DNA from: Nitrospira sp. UBA2082
GTDB taxonomy: Bacteria; Nitrospirota; Nitrospiria; Nitrospirales; Nitrospiraceae
Direction: 5' to 3'
NCBI GenBank assembly: GCA_002331335.1
Contig: DCZO01000014.1
Location: 277,088 to 341,087, forward strand
DNA: 64,000 nt
Positions within the stretch are counted from its first letter, which is position 1, and each line of letters opens with the position of its first letter. The notes under the pieces are model-generated. The model saw only the letters and a program-made list of their open reading frames with translations. It was not told the DNA's origin and made no database searches. The position numbers were made by a program, and so were the translations under genes. Positions 28,225 through 37,219 of the stretch are shown here, in pieces.

Positions 28225-28644
28225 ATGACTTACCTTAAGTTGCTGGGTATATCCTTTGCCATTTTTACTTCCTTCATCTCGGCGTCACACGCAGGCAATG
28301 TAGAGCCAACAAGAAACCCAGAAGAGATTATGCTCTCCCAAGAAGAAGTAAAGTTTGTTCGGTGGTTGATTGCGACAGATGACATGATTAAGACAGCCAG
28401 CCAAGAAGGACAATTACTATATTGGCTCAATAAGGCCATTTCCATTGTGGCGCCAGGACCAATTAAGCTTATACAGCAGTGGAACATGGGTGCCCTTGAG
28501 GGCTGGAGAAAGGCAAACAAGAAACTTGTGACGCTTAAGAGGCAGGTGCATTGCGAGAGAATTCATCTCCGGATTTCTGAGGAAACAGAGAATAGTCCAT
28601 TTTTTGAAAAACTATATAAAGCTAGAGGGTGCGAAGAGAATTAG
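28225..28644 (+). CDS. Secreted hypothetical protein
   Basis: Signal peptide ending ASHA; two C-terminal Cys; AT-richer than the core genes. Confidence 0.65.
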   Translation: MTYLKLLGISFAIFTSFISASHAGNVEPTRNPEEIMLSQEEVKFVRWLIATDDMIKTASQEGQLLYWLNKAISIVAPGPIKLIQQWNMGALEGWRKANKKLVTLKRQVHCERIHLRISEETENSPFFEKLYKARGCEEN

Positions 28645-28865
28645 CGTTTTTAATTCCGTGCTCACAATTTTCCCCTACTGGTGCCTCCTTGGCGAGAAGC
28701 TTGCAGGATCATCACTCTTTCTTTGGAGGGCCATCGCAACATCGCGCATTTCCGATCGAGTCCACCGAGGCAGATCAGAACCAACCAATGCAATTTATCC
28801 AAGTAGTTCAGTCCTCGATCGCGGCTCAATATATCCGTCACAAATCCACAAAGGAGGATCACTTC

Positions 28866-29234
28866 ATGATTACGCTTCTCAGTTTATCTCGTCTACTTCT
28901 AATGACCATCGCAATCGTTTTTGCTACGGTTCCAAGTGGGTTTGCCTTCGACCTGAAGAAGGTAGATTCGTCATCTCGTAATGGAAATGTGGATTCAGAC
29001 TTTGAGTTCACGGTAAACAAGGCGGAAGCGAACACCCTTGGATCGACTGAAATGAAAGCCACGCTTCTAGTTTTCTGCACTCAAGCTCTTGGGCCATTGG
29101 GGCCTGTGGCTGCTAAGTTTGTCGGCGAACATTTAGATCAAATCAAGCAGACAGCCACCGAAAATGGCGCCTACATCAAGATGACTATCCGTAATGGAAC
29201 TGGTCTCCATATCTGGGAGGTGTACCCTCTCTAG
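28866..29234 (+). CDS. Secreted hypothetical protein
   Basis: RBS AAAGGAGG before ATG 28866; signal peptide ending GFA. Confidence 0.7.
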   Translation: MITLLSLSRLLLMTIAIVFATVPSGFAFDLKKVDSSSRNGNVDSDFEFTVNKAEANTLGSTEMKATLLVFCTQALGPLGPVAAKFVGEHLDQIKQTATENGAYIKMTIRNGTGLHIWEVYPL

Positions 29235-29331
29235 ATGACAATGAAGAGCCCTGCTCTTACAGGTGAGACCTCCTTGAGCGAGAGGCATTTGCAAGCACGC
29301 ACCCCGAGACGAAGGATTGGAAAAAGATAAT

Positions 29332-30087
29332 CTACCTTCTTCGTTGCTTGTATTTTCTTTGCCGATCGCGAGAGATTATGGAGAGTGAGCGTGTCGCTGA
29401 TAAGGGTGAAGCACCATGAGAATATCGTAGCCTGAAATGCGGTATGGAGCATTCGCTGACCGTGATGGTCTCAGCGAAAACCTCGCCCGCAAGATTGAGG
29501 GATTTGGAAAAGGGTCGAGTGGACGTATTATAGAAGTTTCTAATAATAAAACCGATGAAATCATATGGGGTTAAAGGCGCACTCACTGGTATTCGACAAT
29601 CCTTATATTGTCCGAGCGTGAGATGGCTCTTCGGATGATCAACCTCTACATGCACCGATGGAGAACTATTGAAATCGAAGCGAATTGGGAATGGCACCAC
29701 AGGACGGGATAGCATGTCTGCAAAGATGTCGTCATTCAGATAAGATTCCTGGTCTGTCTGGAAGCTTTCCAAGTCTGGGGAGGGGAAAAATGCCAGTCTA
29801 TGTGACCACAGGTGGTCACTCTGGAATGTGTATAACATCTGAATCAATGACCCATCGATCATTTTCAGATGATATGCACCAGCCTTTTCAAGAGTTCTGT
29901 ATATATGGTTATATGAAACGTTCTTAAGCGCTACAGCCAGACTGTTCGCATCCTTGACCGTGACTTGAACTCCGCCTCCCTGAAGTGGTTGCACCGTCGG
30001 GAAGTTTTGGGAGTCGCAGAGGCTAAGAGAGACAACCTGGGTAATTATGCTTCTGGCTTGGCGTAAGATTTCCCTCTGAGTTATCAC
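29332..30087 (-). CDS. DUF2290 domain protein
   Basis: SHRLAFFPSP, PIRFDF, HPKSHLTLGQYKDCRIPVSAPLTPYDF..FI.RNFY; GTG start overlaps the helicase stop (GTGA). Confidence 0.85.
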   Translation of the reverse strand: MITQREILRQARSIITQVVSLSLCDSQNFPTVQPLQGGGVQVTVKDANSLAVALKNVSYNHIYRTLEKAGAYHLKMIDGSLIQMLYTFQSDHLWSHRLAFFPSPDLESFQTDQESYLNDDIFADMLSRPVVPFPIRFDFNSSPSVHVEVDHPKSHLTLGQYKDCRIPVSAPLTPYDFIGFIIRNFYNTSTRPFSKSLNLAGEVFAETITVSECSIPHFRLRYSHGASPLSATRSLSIISRDRQRKYKQRRR

Positions 30088-32219
30088 TTCTTTCCGTGTC
30101 CAAGCAGCCTTCTAAATTTAGCAATCACTTCGTCTGGATAATCATCAAGAACTGTTTCTCCGCTCTCAAGTGATTCCAGGATATCTTCAAGGCTTAACTG
30201 CTTCTGGCGAATTCTTTTCTTCTCTTCTGCGGTCATATCTCGGTTGATTACTCGCAGCTGTGCGCGCTCTTGAGCCGTTGGGTACTTAAACCGAAGTTGA
30301 TATTGGGATTTTCTCACTCTTTCAAACTCTTTCTCGAGCTTCTCCATATCCTCGCCATACCCAATGACTCTTACCCAGGCTTTACTCCGCGTAATTGCAG
30401 TAAACAATCTGTTTCGCACACGAGCCAAATCTCCACGCCAAGCAGCATAGCAATCTTGTGCATTAATCACGTAGACCATCGCAGCTTCATTTCCCTTTGC
30501 TCGAAAAATCCCTGTAAAGGTGACCTTATCTCCCTCAAAGAACACATCCGGAGTTGTTGAAACTCCAGCAAGGCTCGAGTTTATTCCCTTTTCCAATAGC
30601 CTCTTTCTTGCCTGTGACACTGCGCTTCGTGTAGTAATGGGATCTGGATTGATAACTATGATGTCGCCCGGCTGGAGTTCATCTTTCTGAAGATTGTGCA
30701 CGATCTCACTTACTAGCCATTCTATCTGCGCATCATCGGTGGCGAAACTCTTAAACCTGATAAGATCCTCCAGCGGTGAGTGAAGCTCTAGGAACTCGGG
30801 GCTTGTATCTCTGGACCTTGAAAGCGTGACCTGTTTACCTTCCTCAAATTGTCCATTAACAATGCCATAACCTATATCGAGCCAAAGTTCCTTGTGGTCA
30901 AACATTTGAATTAGCCCTTCCGGCTCGCGGTAGATTCCAAAGCCTAAGGCATGGGCTGTTGTTAGGATAGGGCGCGAGTTTCGGTAACATTTCTCCAGAA
31001 TTATGTCCTGTCTGGGTTTCCCAGCTATCGCCGGAGAAAAAACTACGCGAGGCTGGCCATCTCCACTCTTGCCAAAGATTTCTTCAGGTGGGGGAAGGGA
31101 CTTGTTCGTCAGGCTCTGCAGTTCGTCGTAGGCGTACACAAGGCGCTTTGGCTCTCGAAGGTATTCGTAACAGAGAAGGAGAAAGTTGGGAGAAAAGTCT
31201 TGAGCCTCATCAACTAAGATCGCATCGTATGTGGGTTTAAACTGTTTCGTTTCCTGCAAGGCTTTTTCGCATACCCCTTCGAATTCCCGTCCTGACCCAA
31301 AGGTGGATCGCGCGGCTCTATAGTCCAAGTATTCAATGCCGTGGTCTTTGCAGAAGCTATAGTAAATTCCAGATTTATCTTCACCTGGAGAGCCCCAGGC
31401 ATTAATTATGTGAATGTTATCCCAGTCAGGTTCTTCATTCGTCTGCTCAATGACAAAGGTGTTGATAAGACTTTCAAACTGGCCCTTTAGGGATCGTGTA
31501 TGGAATGTTACCGCTATTTTCCAATCCTGATTTTGCGCATGAAGGTATGCAACCTTAAGCGCGAGTACGATTGTTTTTCCAGATCCAGCCAATCCACGGA
31601 TTCTCTGCACGCCTTCGAATGTTTCTATTACTGCGGCGCTCTGAATGTTGTCGAGGTTTGCAATTGAATCCTCGAGAGCTCTTAATTTGCTCCCTTTCGA
31701 CAGAGGATCTTTTGTCTCCCGCTTTTTCTTCCCTTTCTTGATGGTTGAGATTGACTGGATTGCAGCGACTGCAGCAGGAAAGTACCGTTTCTCCTCTACT
31801 GTTAGCCCGGCAAGGAAGCCTCCGATGGTTTTCAGGTTGCAGATCGGATGCCCAGACGTTGTTATGGCTGAAGTGTTAGTAATTGCTGGCGCAAAGGAAA
31901 CACAGGATGGAAGGATTGCCAGGGTACGCCCTTTAACGAGGGCTTTGTGTTGCAGGAGCTTAGCTTGTAGCTTTGTGAAGCTCTCGTCTTGTGCAAGAGC
32001 AAATTCACTTGGATCTTTACCTTCCACAATATGGAAAATAACGATACCTGAGTTTGGACTAAGCAATAGGGCATCTATCCGAAAAGGACCTTCTGGCGTT
32101 CCTATTATTGGATAGCCAATGTAAAGCGTGCCCTCCATGTCAGGTTGACTGGCAAAGAAGTTTGCTAGCTGCTCACTGGCTACGGGTTTTCTAGTACTGC
32201 CCCAAATTGTCTTAACCAT
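30084..32219 (-). CDS. Superfamily-1 (UvrD-like) helicase partner of DUF2290
   Basis: GLAGSGKT, ILVDEAQDF, YRNSRPI, TGIFRAKGNE, RNRLFTAITRSK; nuclease-like N-terminus; probable start MVKTIWG. Confidence 0.9.
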   Translation of the reverse strand: MVKTIWGSTRKPVASEQLANFFASQPDMEGTLYIGYPIIGTPEGPFRIDALLLSPNSGIVIFHIVEGKDPSEFALAQDESFTKLQAKLLQHKALVKGRTLAILPSCVSFAPAITNTSAITTSGHPICNLKTIGGFLAGLTVEEKRYFPAAVAAIQSISTIKKGKKKRETKDPLSKGSKLRALEDSIANLDNIQSAAVIETFEGVQRIRGLAGSGKTIVLALKVAYLHAQNQDWKIAVTFHTRSLKGQFESLINTFVIEQTNEEPDWDNIHIINAWGSPGEDKSGIYYSFCKDHGIEYLDYRAARSTFGSGREFEGVCEKALQETKQFKPTYDAILVDEAQDFSPNFLLLCYEYLREPKRLVYAYDELQSLTNKSLPPPEEIFGKSGDGQPRVVFSPAIAGKPRQDIILEKCYRNSRPILTTAHALGFGIYREPEGLIQMFDHKELWLDIGYGIVNGQFEEGKQVTLSRSRDTSPEFLELHSPLEDLIRFKSFATDDAQIEWLVSEIVHNLQKDELQPGDIIVINPDPITTRSAVSQARKRLLEKGINSSLAGVSTTPDVFFEGDKVTFTGIFRAKGNEAAMVYVINAQDCYAAWRGDLARVRNRLFTAITRSKAWVRVIGYGEDMEKLEKEFERVRKSQYQLRFKYPTAQERAQLRVINRDMTAEEKKRIRQKQLSLEDILESLESGETVLDDYPDEVIAKFRRLLGHGKK

Positions 32220-32429
32220 CGCGCCCTTCACTGAAAGGAGAATTGCTTCAGAAGTATGAACCAGAATGGCTAAGTCAGGCAATGCCCCCCTTCTTCTCGA
32301 AGCAGACGACAACTCTTGGACTGGCTACGATCAAAAGGGAACTGAACGTGTGTATGACCTTCCCCCCGAAAACTAGACCATTGGCTTGGAAGTTCATCTG
32401 TGCTGAGATGGGCCCCACAGGAGGGGGCC

Positions 32430-32696
32430 ATGACACGGAAACGGCACACGGAGGAACAGATCATTGCGGTGCTCAAGGACGCCCAGGCGGGCACCGGAGT
32501 GCAGGAGCTCTGTCGCAAGCACGGCATCTCGGACGCCACCTTTTATAAGTGGCGGACCAAGTATGCAGGACTGGAAGTCAGCGACGTGAAGAAACTCCGC
32601 CAGCTGGAAGACGAAAACCGGCGGTTAAAACAGATGGTGGCGGACCAAGCCCTGGACATCCAGGCGCTGAAAGCGATCACCGCAAAAAACTGGTAG
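32430..32696 (+). CDS. IS3 transposase OrfA (HTH)
   Basis: [16 protein letters not shown]...[11 protein letters not shown]; A6C slippery site at 32684-32690. Confidence 0.93.
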   Translation: MTRKRHTEEQIIAVLKDAQAGTGVQELCRKHGISDATFYKWRTKYAGLEVSDVKKLRQLEDENRRLKQMVADQALDIQALKAITAKNW

Positions 32697-33559
32697 AGCC
32701 CAAGGCGAAGCGAGCGGCGGCGCAGTGGAGCACCGAGCGCTTTGGGCTCAGTCAGCGACGGGTGTGCTGGTTACTCACGCTCGATCGGAACACGCTGCGG
32801 TATCGCAGTCGGCGTCAGGACGATGCGGCACTGCGGACCCGGATCCGCGAGATTGCCGAGGCCAAGCGGCGATACGGCTGTCCTCGGATTTATGTGCGGT
32901 TGCGCCGAGAGGGATGGGCCGTGAACCATAAGAAGGTCGAACGGCTCTATTATCGCGACGAAGGGCTGTCGTTACGGCGGCGGCGACGGAAGAAGGCCGC
33001 GGCGGTGCCCCGGGTGGCCCTGCCCACGCCCACGCACCCAGGCCGCTGTTATGCCATCGACTTTGTCCATGACCGGCTCGTGACCGGCCGGCGATTCAAG
33101 TGTTTGACGATGACCGATCTGTGTTCGAAAGAGGTGCCGGTGATTGAGGTGGATGTGTCGATTGGCGGAGCCCGAGTGTGCCGGATTCTGGATCGGCTGT
33201 TCGCCACCCGATCGTTGCCAGAGACCTTGATCCTGGACAACGGTCCCGAATTCGCTGGGACGGCCTTAGATGCGTGGGCGGCCCAGCATGGTGTGCAGCT
33301 GCACTTCATTCAGCCGGGCAAACCGGTCCAGAATGCGTTTATCGAAAGCTTCAATGGAAAGTTTCGGGATGAATGTCTCAACGAGCACTGGTTTCTGACG
33401 TTACAGGAAGCACAGCTGGTGATTGAAGCGTGGCGGCGGGAATACAATGAGGAGCGGACGCACAGCACCATTGGGGATGTGACACCCCAGGAGTTCATTC
33501 ACAACTATCAAACCGGGACCCAGCTCACACAGGAGGTCACTTCCTCAGCGGTGGTGTAA
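32693..33559 (+). CDS. IS3 transposase OrfB (DDE), reached by -1 frameshift; start approximate
   Basis: [39 protein letters not shown]. Confidence 0.93.
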   Translation, partial: VEPKAKRAAAQWSTERFGLSQRRVCWLLTLDRNTLRYRSRRQDDAALRTRIREIAEAKRRYGCPRIYVRLRREGWAVNHKKVERLYYRDEGLSLRRRRRKKAAAVPRVALPTPTHPGRCYAIDFVHDRLVTGRRFKCLTMTDLCSKEVPVIEVDVSIGGARVCRILDRLFATRSLPETLILDNGPEFAGTALDAWAAQHGVQLHFIQPGKPVQNAFIESFNGKFRDECLNEHWFLTLQEAQLVIEAWRREYNEERTHSTIGDVTPQEFIHNYQTGTQLTQEVTSSAVV

Positions 33560-33645
33560 TAAACGGGGGAAGGTCATGTAGATCCGACAACGGCGTCAAG
33601 TCTGAATATTAACTTATTCTCTCACAACACCTAGACACTTTCCCT

Positions 33646-33713
33646 ATGGCTCGCAAGCCCCGCCTCGACTTTCCCAACCCCTACTGTACCTCATCACCCC
33701 CGGCAATCAGCAG
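33646..33713 (+). pseudogene. Frameshifted N-terminal remnant of a REP-associated tyrosine transposase (RAYT/IS200-like)
   Basis: MARKPRLDFP, then in another frame LYLITPGNQQ; compare the typical MARKPRLEFPGALYHVITRGNQRQ start. Confidence 0.6.
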
Positions 33714-33724
33714 GCGTCCACCGT

Positions 33725-33943
33725 TCACGATCGCATCCGTTTGATCGAGCAATACAGCCCATAGGCCTGGGCCACGATCCCGGTTGCGAGCAGTCCCAGT
33801 GCTGTCCGGAGCCAATGTGAGGTGGGATCATCGAGTCCGTCCATACCGACGACGAACCCTGTGGCGATGGCGACGATGCCAACGGATCGCGCGATGACGC
33901 CCCTGAGCCACCAATTCGGTGCGGATGGATCTTTGGGAGACAC
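33725..33943 (-). CDS. Small two-TM membrane protein
   Basis: 72 aa with two hydrophobic helices. Confidence 0.65.
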   Translation of the reverse strand: MSPKDPSAPNWWLRGVIARSVGIVAIATGFVVGMDGLDDPTSHWLRTALGLLATGIVAQAYGLYCSIKRMRS

Positions 33944-33958
33944 AATGTGGGCAGTCTA

Positions 33959-34146
33959 GCAGAATGCTGAAAACGCCCGCCAGCGTCGTTCTCGCGTTGC
34001 TCAGAGACTCAACGTACCGAAGGCCAAGGCAAGGTACCTATCCGCTCGCCTTTGATCGAAGCGAGCGGTTCAAGCGAAGCTTGGTATGTACCTCCTCGCC
34101 TCTTCGCTCGCTGCGGCCTTGCTGACGGCCATTTTGAGCATCCTGC
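33959..34146. repeat. REP/MITE-like palindromic element
   Basis: Terminal IRs GCAGAATGCTGAAAA...TTTTGAGCATCCTGC, nested internal hairpins including CCGCTCGC..GCGAGCGG. Confidence 0.8.
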
Positions 34147-34367
34147 GTGGTTATTCGGTGTCGCCTCACCCATGAGAACCGCAACGTGACGGATGAGTGC
34201 CTCGCATCTATTTTCGTTCTCTCTAAGTATATTCTCATGTCCTACTAATCCTCTTCTCATCTTGCCTGATTATCGTGTACGTACCGGCTCGAAGATCATT
34301 GAGATCTATGACACCAGATCACGGCCTTCAGCCGACAGCACCGACACCTAACAAGGGAGGAGGCAGC

Positions 34368-34727
34368 ATGACCGGCATAACGACATCCACATCCATCGTC
34401 GTGAGTCCCGTGAAGAGGGGTGCGATGCGGTTATCACCGAACCATCTCGCGGGTTTGGCCCTGAGGCTATTCGTATTTAGGGCGAATCGCTGGGGACGGC
34501 GGGCACGCTTCTACGAGCGTCACCGCGACTACTTTCCTCGGCTCATTGCCGGCCGATTCGTCGCTCGGTGCCGTGAGTTGGAGGCCAGATACCGGGGGCT
34601 CGCCATAGCGCTCTTCGGCCTCTCGGCCCACGATCAGATGGTGCCGGTCCGGGCGATAGCCTCACAGCGAAGGCAGGGAAAAAGAATTGCACCGCCTCAC
34701 CGCCTGGCATTGACGTCGATGCGGTAA
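34368..34727 (+). CDS. Arg-rich hypothetical protein
   Basis: RBS GGAGGAGG before ATG 34368. Confidence 0.6.
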   Translation: MTGITTSTSIVVSPVKRGAMRLSPNHLAGLALRLFVFRANRWGRRARFYERHRDYFPRLIAGRFVARCRELEARYRGLAIALFGLSAHDQMVPVRAIASQRRQGKRIAPPHRLALTSMR

Positions 34728-34757
34728 GCGGTCCTTGTATTGAGGCGGCTGCCTCGG

Positions 34758-35180
34758 TTATTCCTGGCGGCAGAGAACTTCCCACAAGGCGTGGTTGACG
34801 CTCGCGGGCTCGATCGGCAACCACGCGGTGTGATCCACATAGCCGTGAGACGCAGGGCCGGTCCCCATGTGGTGGAGAAACTCGATGTACTCGAGTAAGC
34901 GGATCCGCTTGGGCTCGCAGTCCAGTTGTTTCTGAGTCTTAGCGGAAAAGAACCGGTGTGGACTCATCATGAAACGGCCGAACCCCACCCCTCCCTGCAT
35001 CATCTTATAGTCGGTCAATTGCCAGACCGTCACCACGGTCCCTTCCCTGCTAATGGTATCGGGATCGATATAGATGGTCCGGAGCCCGGGATCGAGATAG
35101 TCCTTCTCGACCGCCACCCACTCCGCGGAAGCCGATTCACCGATTAGCAAGGCCAATACGATGGAGAGCAACCTCGCCAT
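34758..35180 (-). CDS. Exported protein, surface-adhesin E-like family
   Basis: Signal peptide ending SASA|EW; WQLTDY, KTQKQLDC and C-terminal LWEVLC pattern. Confidence 0.7.
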   Translation of the reverse strand: MARLLSIVLALLIGESASAEWVAVEKDYLDPGLRTIYIDPDTISREGTVVTVWQLTDYKMMQGGVGFGRFMMSPHRFFSAKTQKQLDCEPKRIRLLEYIEFLHHMGTGPASHGYVDHTAWLPIEPASVNHALWEVLCRQE

Positions 35181-35313
35181 ACTCAGTCACTCGAACGGCG
35201 AGAAGGAAAGCGCCCGCGTCGGTTGGGAGATTACGCCGGATCTGGTCACGCCCGATTGCGAGCAACGATCACGGCCATGTACAAGGAGAGAAGAACGGCC
35301 GACAGAAAACCGG

Positions 35314-35697
35314 CTAGGAGCCAAACACATGGCCGCATTTTAAGCAATGCAGCTTTGAGGCGACGGTGTTCTTCCATTCTTCCAGCTTTTTCGTGTAGGC
35401 CTTGTTCTTCCAGACTCCATAGCCAACCCACACGCTTAAGAACCCAACGGACGACAGCACGTCCGCCATCGCAGTTCCCGATTGCGGCGTCTCCGGCGAG
35501 GTCATGGAGAGCATGATACCGACATTGACCGGCATCGCGAGGAAGAACCCCTGAACATAGGCCCACGGCTGCTTCGGCGGATTGTACTGCTGGGCCAACC
35601 CGCTCTTCACACCAGCCGCGGCCTCCTGCTTGACAATCTCGCTGATCTGCTTTGCATCCCCCGCGTTGCAAGACGGACATGTGCGTTTGGCAGCCAT
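35314..35697 (-). CDS. Membrane protein with a split zinc-ribbon
   Basis: RBS AGGAGG; N-terminal CPSC, two TM helices, C-terminal CLKCGHVF. Confidence 0.75.
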   Translation of the reverse strand: MAAKRTCPSCNAGDAKQISEIVKQEAAAGVKSGLAQQYNPPKQPWAYVQGFFLAMPVNVGIMLSMTSPETPQSGTAMADVLSSVGFLSVWVGYGVWKNKAYTKKLEEWKNTVASKLHCLKCGHVFGS

Positions 35698-36017
35698 CGT
35701 CCTACCTCCTACGTCAGAACATCGCAGGAACCCGTCATCGGCCTCCGGTTTCAATCATAATACTTTTCGTAGCGCGATGCCAGGCCCCCACTCAGATGGG
35801 CGGCAGCCCTCCTTCCAGTATGTGCGATCGGGCTTCCAAATTTCTCGGTCCTTAGCCTACAATGCCGCTCAGACTTCCACTGTCCGAAAGGAGGCCTTGG
35901 ATGACATGCTCCCGTACAGCTCCAGCTATGGCAATACTCCCATGAGTAATACGGACCCTATACATACCTGATAATCCTGATCGACGGTACTCCATCGCTC
36001 TGAGGAGATCTGACCCC

Positions 36018-36191
36018 ATGCGCATGTTTCAAGTACGGCAGACGATTGATTATGAACTGACCCTGGCGGCGGGGACCGAACAAGAAGCCATTCTGAAAGC
36101 CAAAGGCATCCCGCTGGCGCAGTGGACTGCCGAACCGGCCGAAGTCACAGCCGAGTTGGTCGATGAGACGGACGAAATCGACGAGTACTAA
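36018..36191 (+). CDS. 57-aa acidic small protein (not in the ORF track)
   Basis: RBS GAGGAG; MRMFQVRQTIDYELTLAAGTEQEAILKAKGIPLAQWTAEPAEVTAELVDETDEIDEY*; followed by hairpin AGCACGACC-gtcag-GGTCGTGCT. Confidence 0.65.
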   Translation: MRMFQVRQTIDYELTLAAGTEQEAILKAKGIPLAQWTAEPAEVTAELVDETDEIDEY

Positions 36192-36286
36192 CAGGATTTG
36201 AGCACGACCGTCAGGGTCGTGCTTGCGCTGCACCAGCTCGCTTCATCGAGTCACTTTTTCCAGGCCGAAATCGCTCATTCACACAA

Positions 36287-36532
36287 CTACGGCTGCTTCG
36301 ATTCGCCCAGCTTCTTCGTGACACAGTCGTTAAATGCCATTCTCCGGTGATAGGGAGTCCAAAACCAGTTGTACTTCTTCACCATATCCAACTCATCCAC
36401 ATAGTCATTGCACCGCTTTGTCTGCGTCTCGCTCGCCTCGAGCGGCGACGTCATGACCCACGCCCCAATCCCGATGGCGAAAAAGAACAGCCCGATGCTC
36501 ACAACGATCACCACAATGCCCTTTGTGTTCAT
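36287..36532 (-). CDS. Small membrane-anchored protein
   Basis: N-terminal TM helix and two Cys. Confidence 0.7.
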   Translation of the reverse strand: MNTKGIVVIVVSIGLFFFAIGIGAWVMTSPLEASETQTKRCNDYVDELDMVKKYNWFWTPYHRRMAFNDCVTKKLGESKQP

Positions 36533-36576
36533 GAATCCCCTCTATCCGCTCGTATGCAGCCACTCCCCGATTCTCA

Positions 36577-36666
36577 TGGTGCCGGAGGCCGGAATCGAAC
36601 CGGCACGGGCCTTTTAAGCCCGAGGGATTTTAAGTCCCTTGCGTCTACCAATTCCGCCACTCCGGC
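36577..36666 (-). tRNA. tRNA-Leu(TAA)
   Basis: GCCGGAG/CTCCGGC acceptor stem, anticodon arm AGGGA-CTTAAAA-TCCCT, long variable arm, GGTTCGATTCC, CCA end. Confidence 0.96.
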
Positions 36667-36873
36667 ACACCGGCGTCACGGTCACTACATCTGGTCATCG
36701 GTCATTCTGAAGCATGGCCATCCGTGCCCCAAACGGCGGGACTGTAGCATCGAGGTCGAAGGTATTCAAGCAGGCTACGGGTGACTCAGGAGGTATGACG
36801 AGTGGCGCGCACCCTTGCCGGCCTGAGCCGAGCGCCTCGGCGTCAGGCCGGCAGAAGTGACTCTTCTTACACG

Positions 36874-37140
36874 TCAGTTCAGCGTCGCGGTGAGAACCGG
36901 CGGCTCTTCACACGGCTTGACGAACTCATTCCGGTGATTCATCACTTCCTTCACCCCGGCCTGAACCGAGCGACTCAAGCGAAGGGCCTGGACCTGTGCC
37001 TTCTTCGCATACCGGCCGATATCCCTGCGGGTTTGGACACCCGACTTCGGGGCGAAGAGGAGCCCGAGACCGGCCCCGAGGACGGCGCCTCCGGCGATCA
37101 TAGCTGCAACCTTGGCAACGTGCTTCCCTTGTTCCGACAT
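36874..37140 (-). CDS. YtxH-domain protein
   Basis: GGAVLGAGLGLLFAPKSGVQTRRDI motif; RBS AAGGGAGG. Confidence 0.88.
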   Translation of the reverse strand: MSEQGKHVAKVAAMIAGGAVLGAGLGLLFAPKSGVQTRRDIGRYAKKAQVQALRLSRSVQAGVKEVMNHRNEFVKPCEEPPVLTATLN

Positions 37141-37203
37141 GATGAACCTCCCTTAGGTGTTGCACTGGCCCTTGTGGCAGTGTGTCTACAGATTGAGCCT
37201 TGG

Positions 37204-37219
37204 AGCACCAATCGTGCCA
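37204..37219 (-). promoter_or_regulatory. Sigma-54 promoter upstream of the YtxH gene
   Basis: TGGCACGATTGGTGCT, GG-N10-GC, near consensus. Confidence 0.65.

Larger units (their letters stand above)
32355..33576 (+). mobile_element. IS3-family insertion sequence (IS407-like), 1222 bp
   Basis: Imperfect terminal IRs starting TGACCTTCCCCC; 4-bp TSD TGTA at 32351-32354 and 33577-33580; orfA/orfB. Confidence 0.96.

Noticed and set aside
28679-28685. TGGTGCC as a possible att copy of the tRNA-Leu 3' end
   Set aside because: Only 7 bp match, expected by chance.
35958-36233. 91-aa minus-strand ORF
   Set aside because: Antisense to the better supported 57-aa plus-strand ORF, which has an RBS and terminator-like hairpin.
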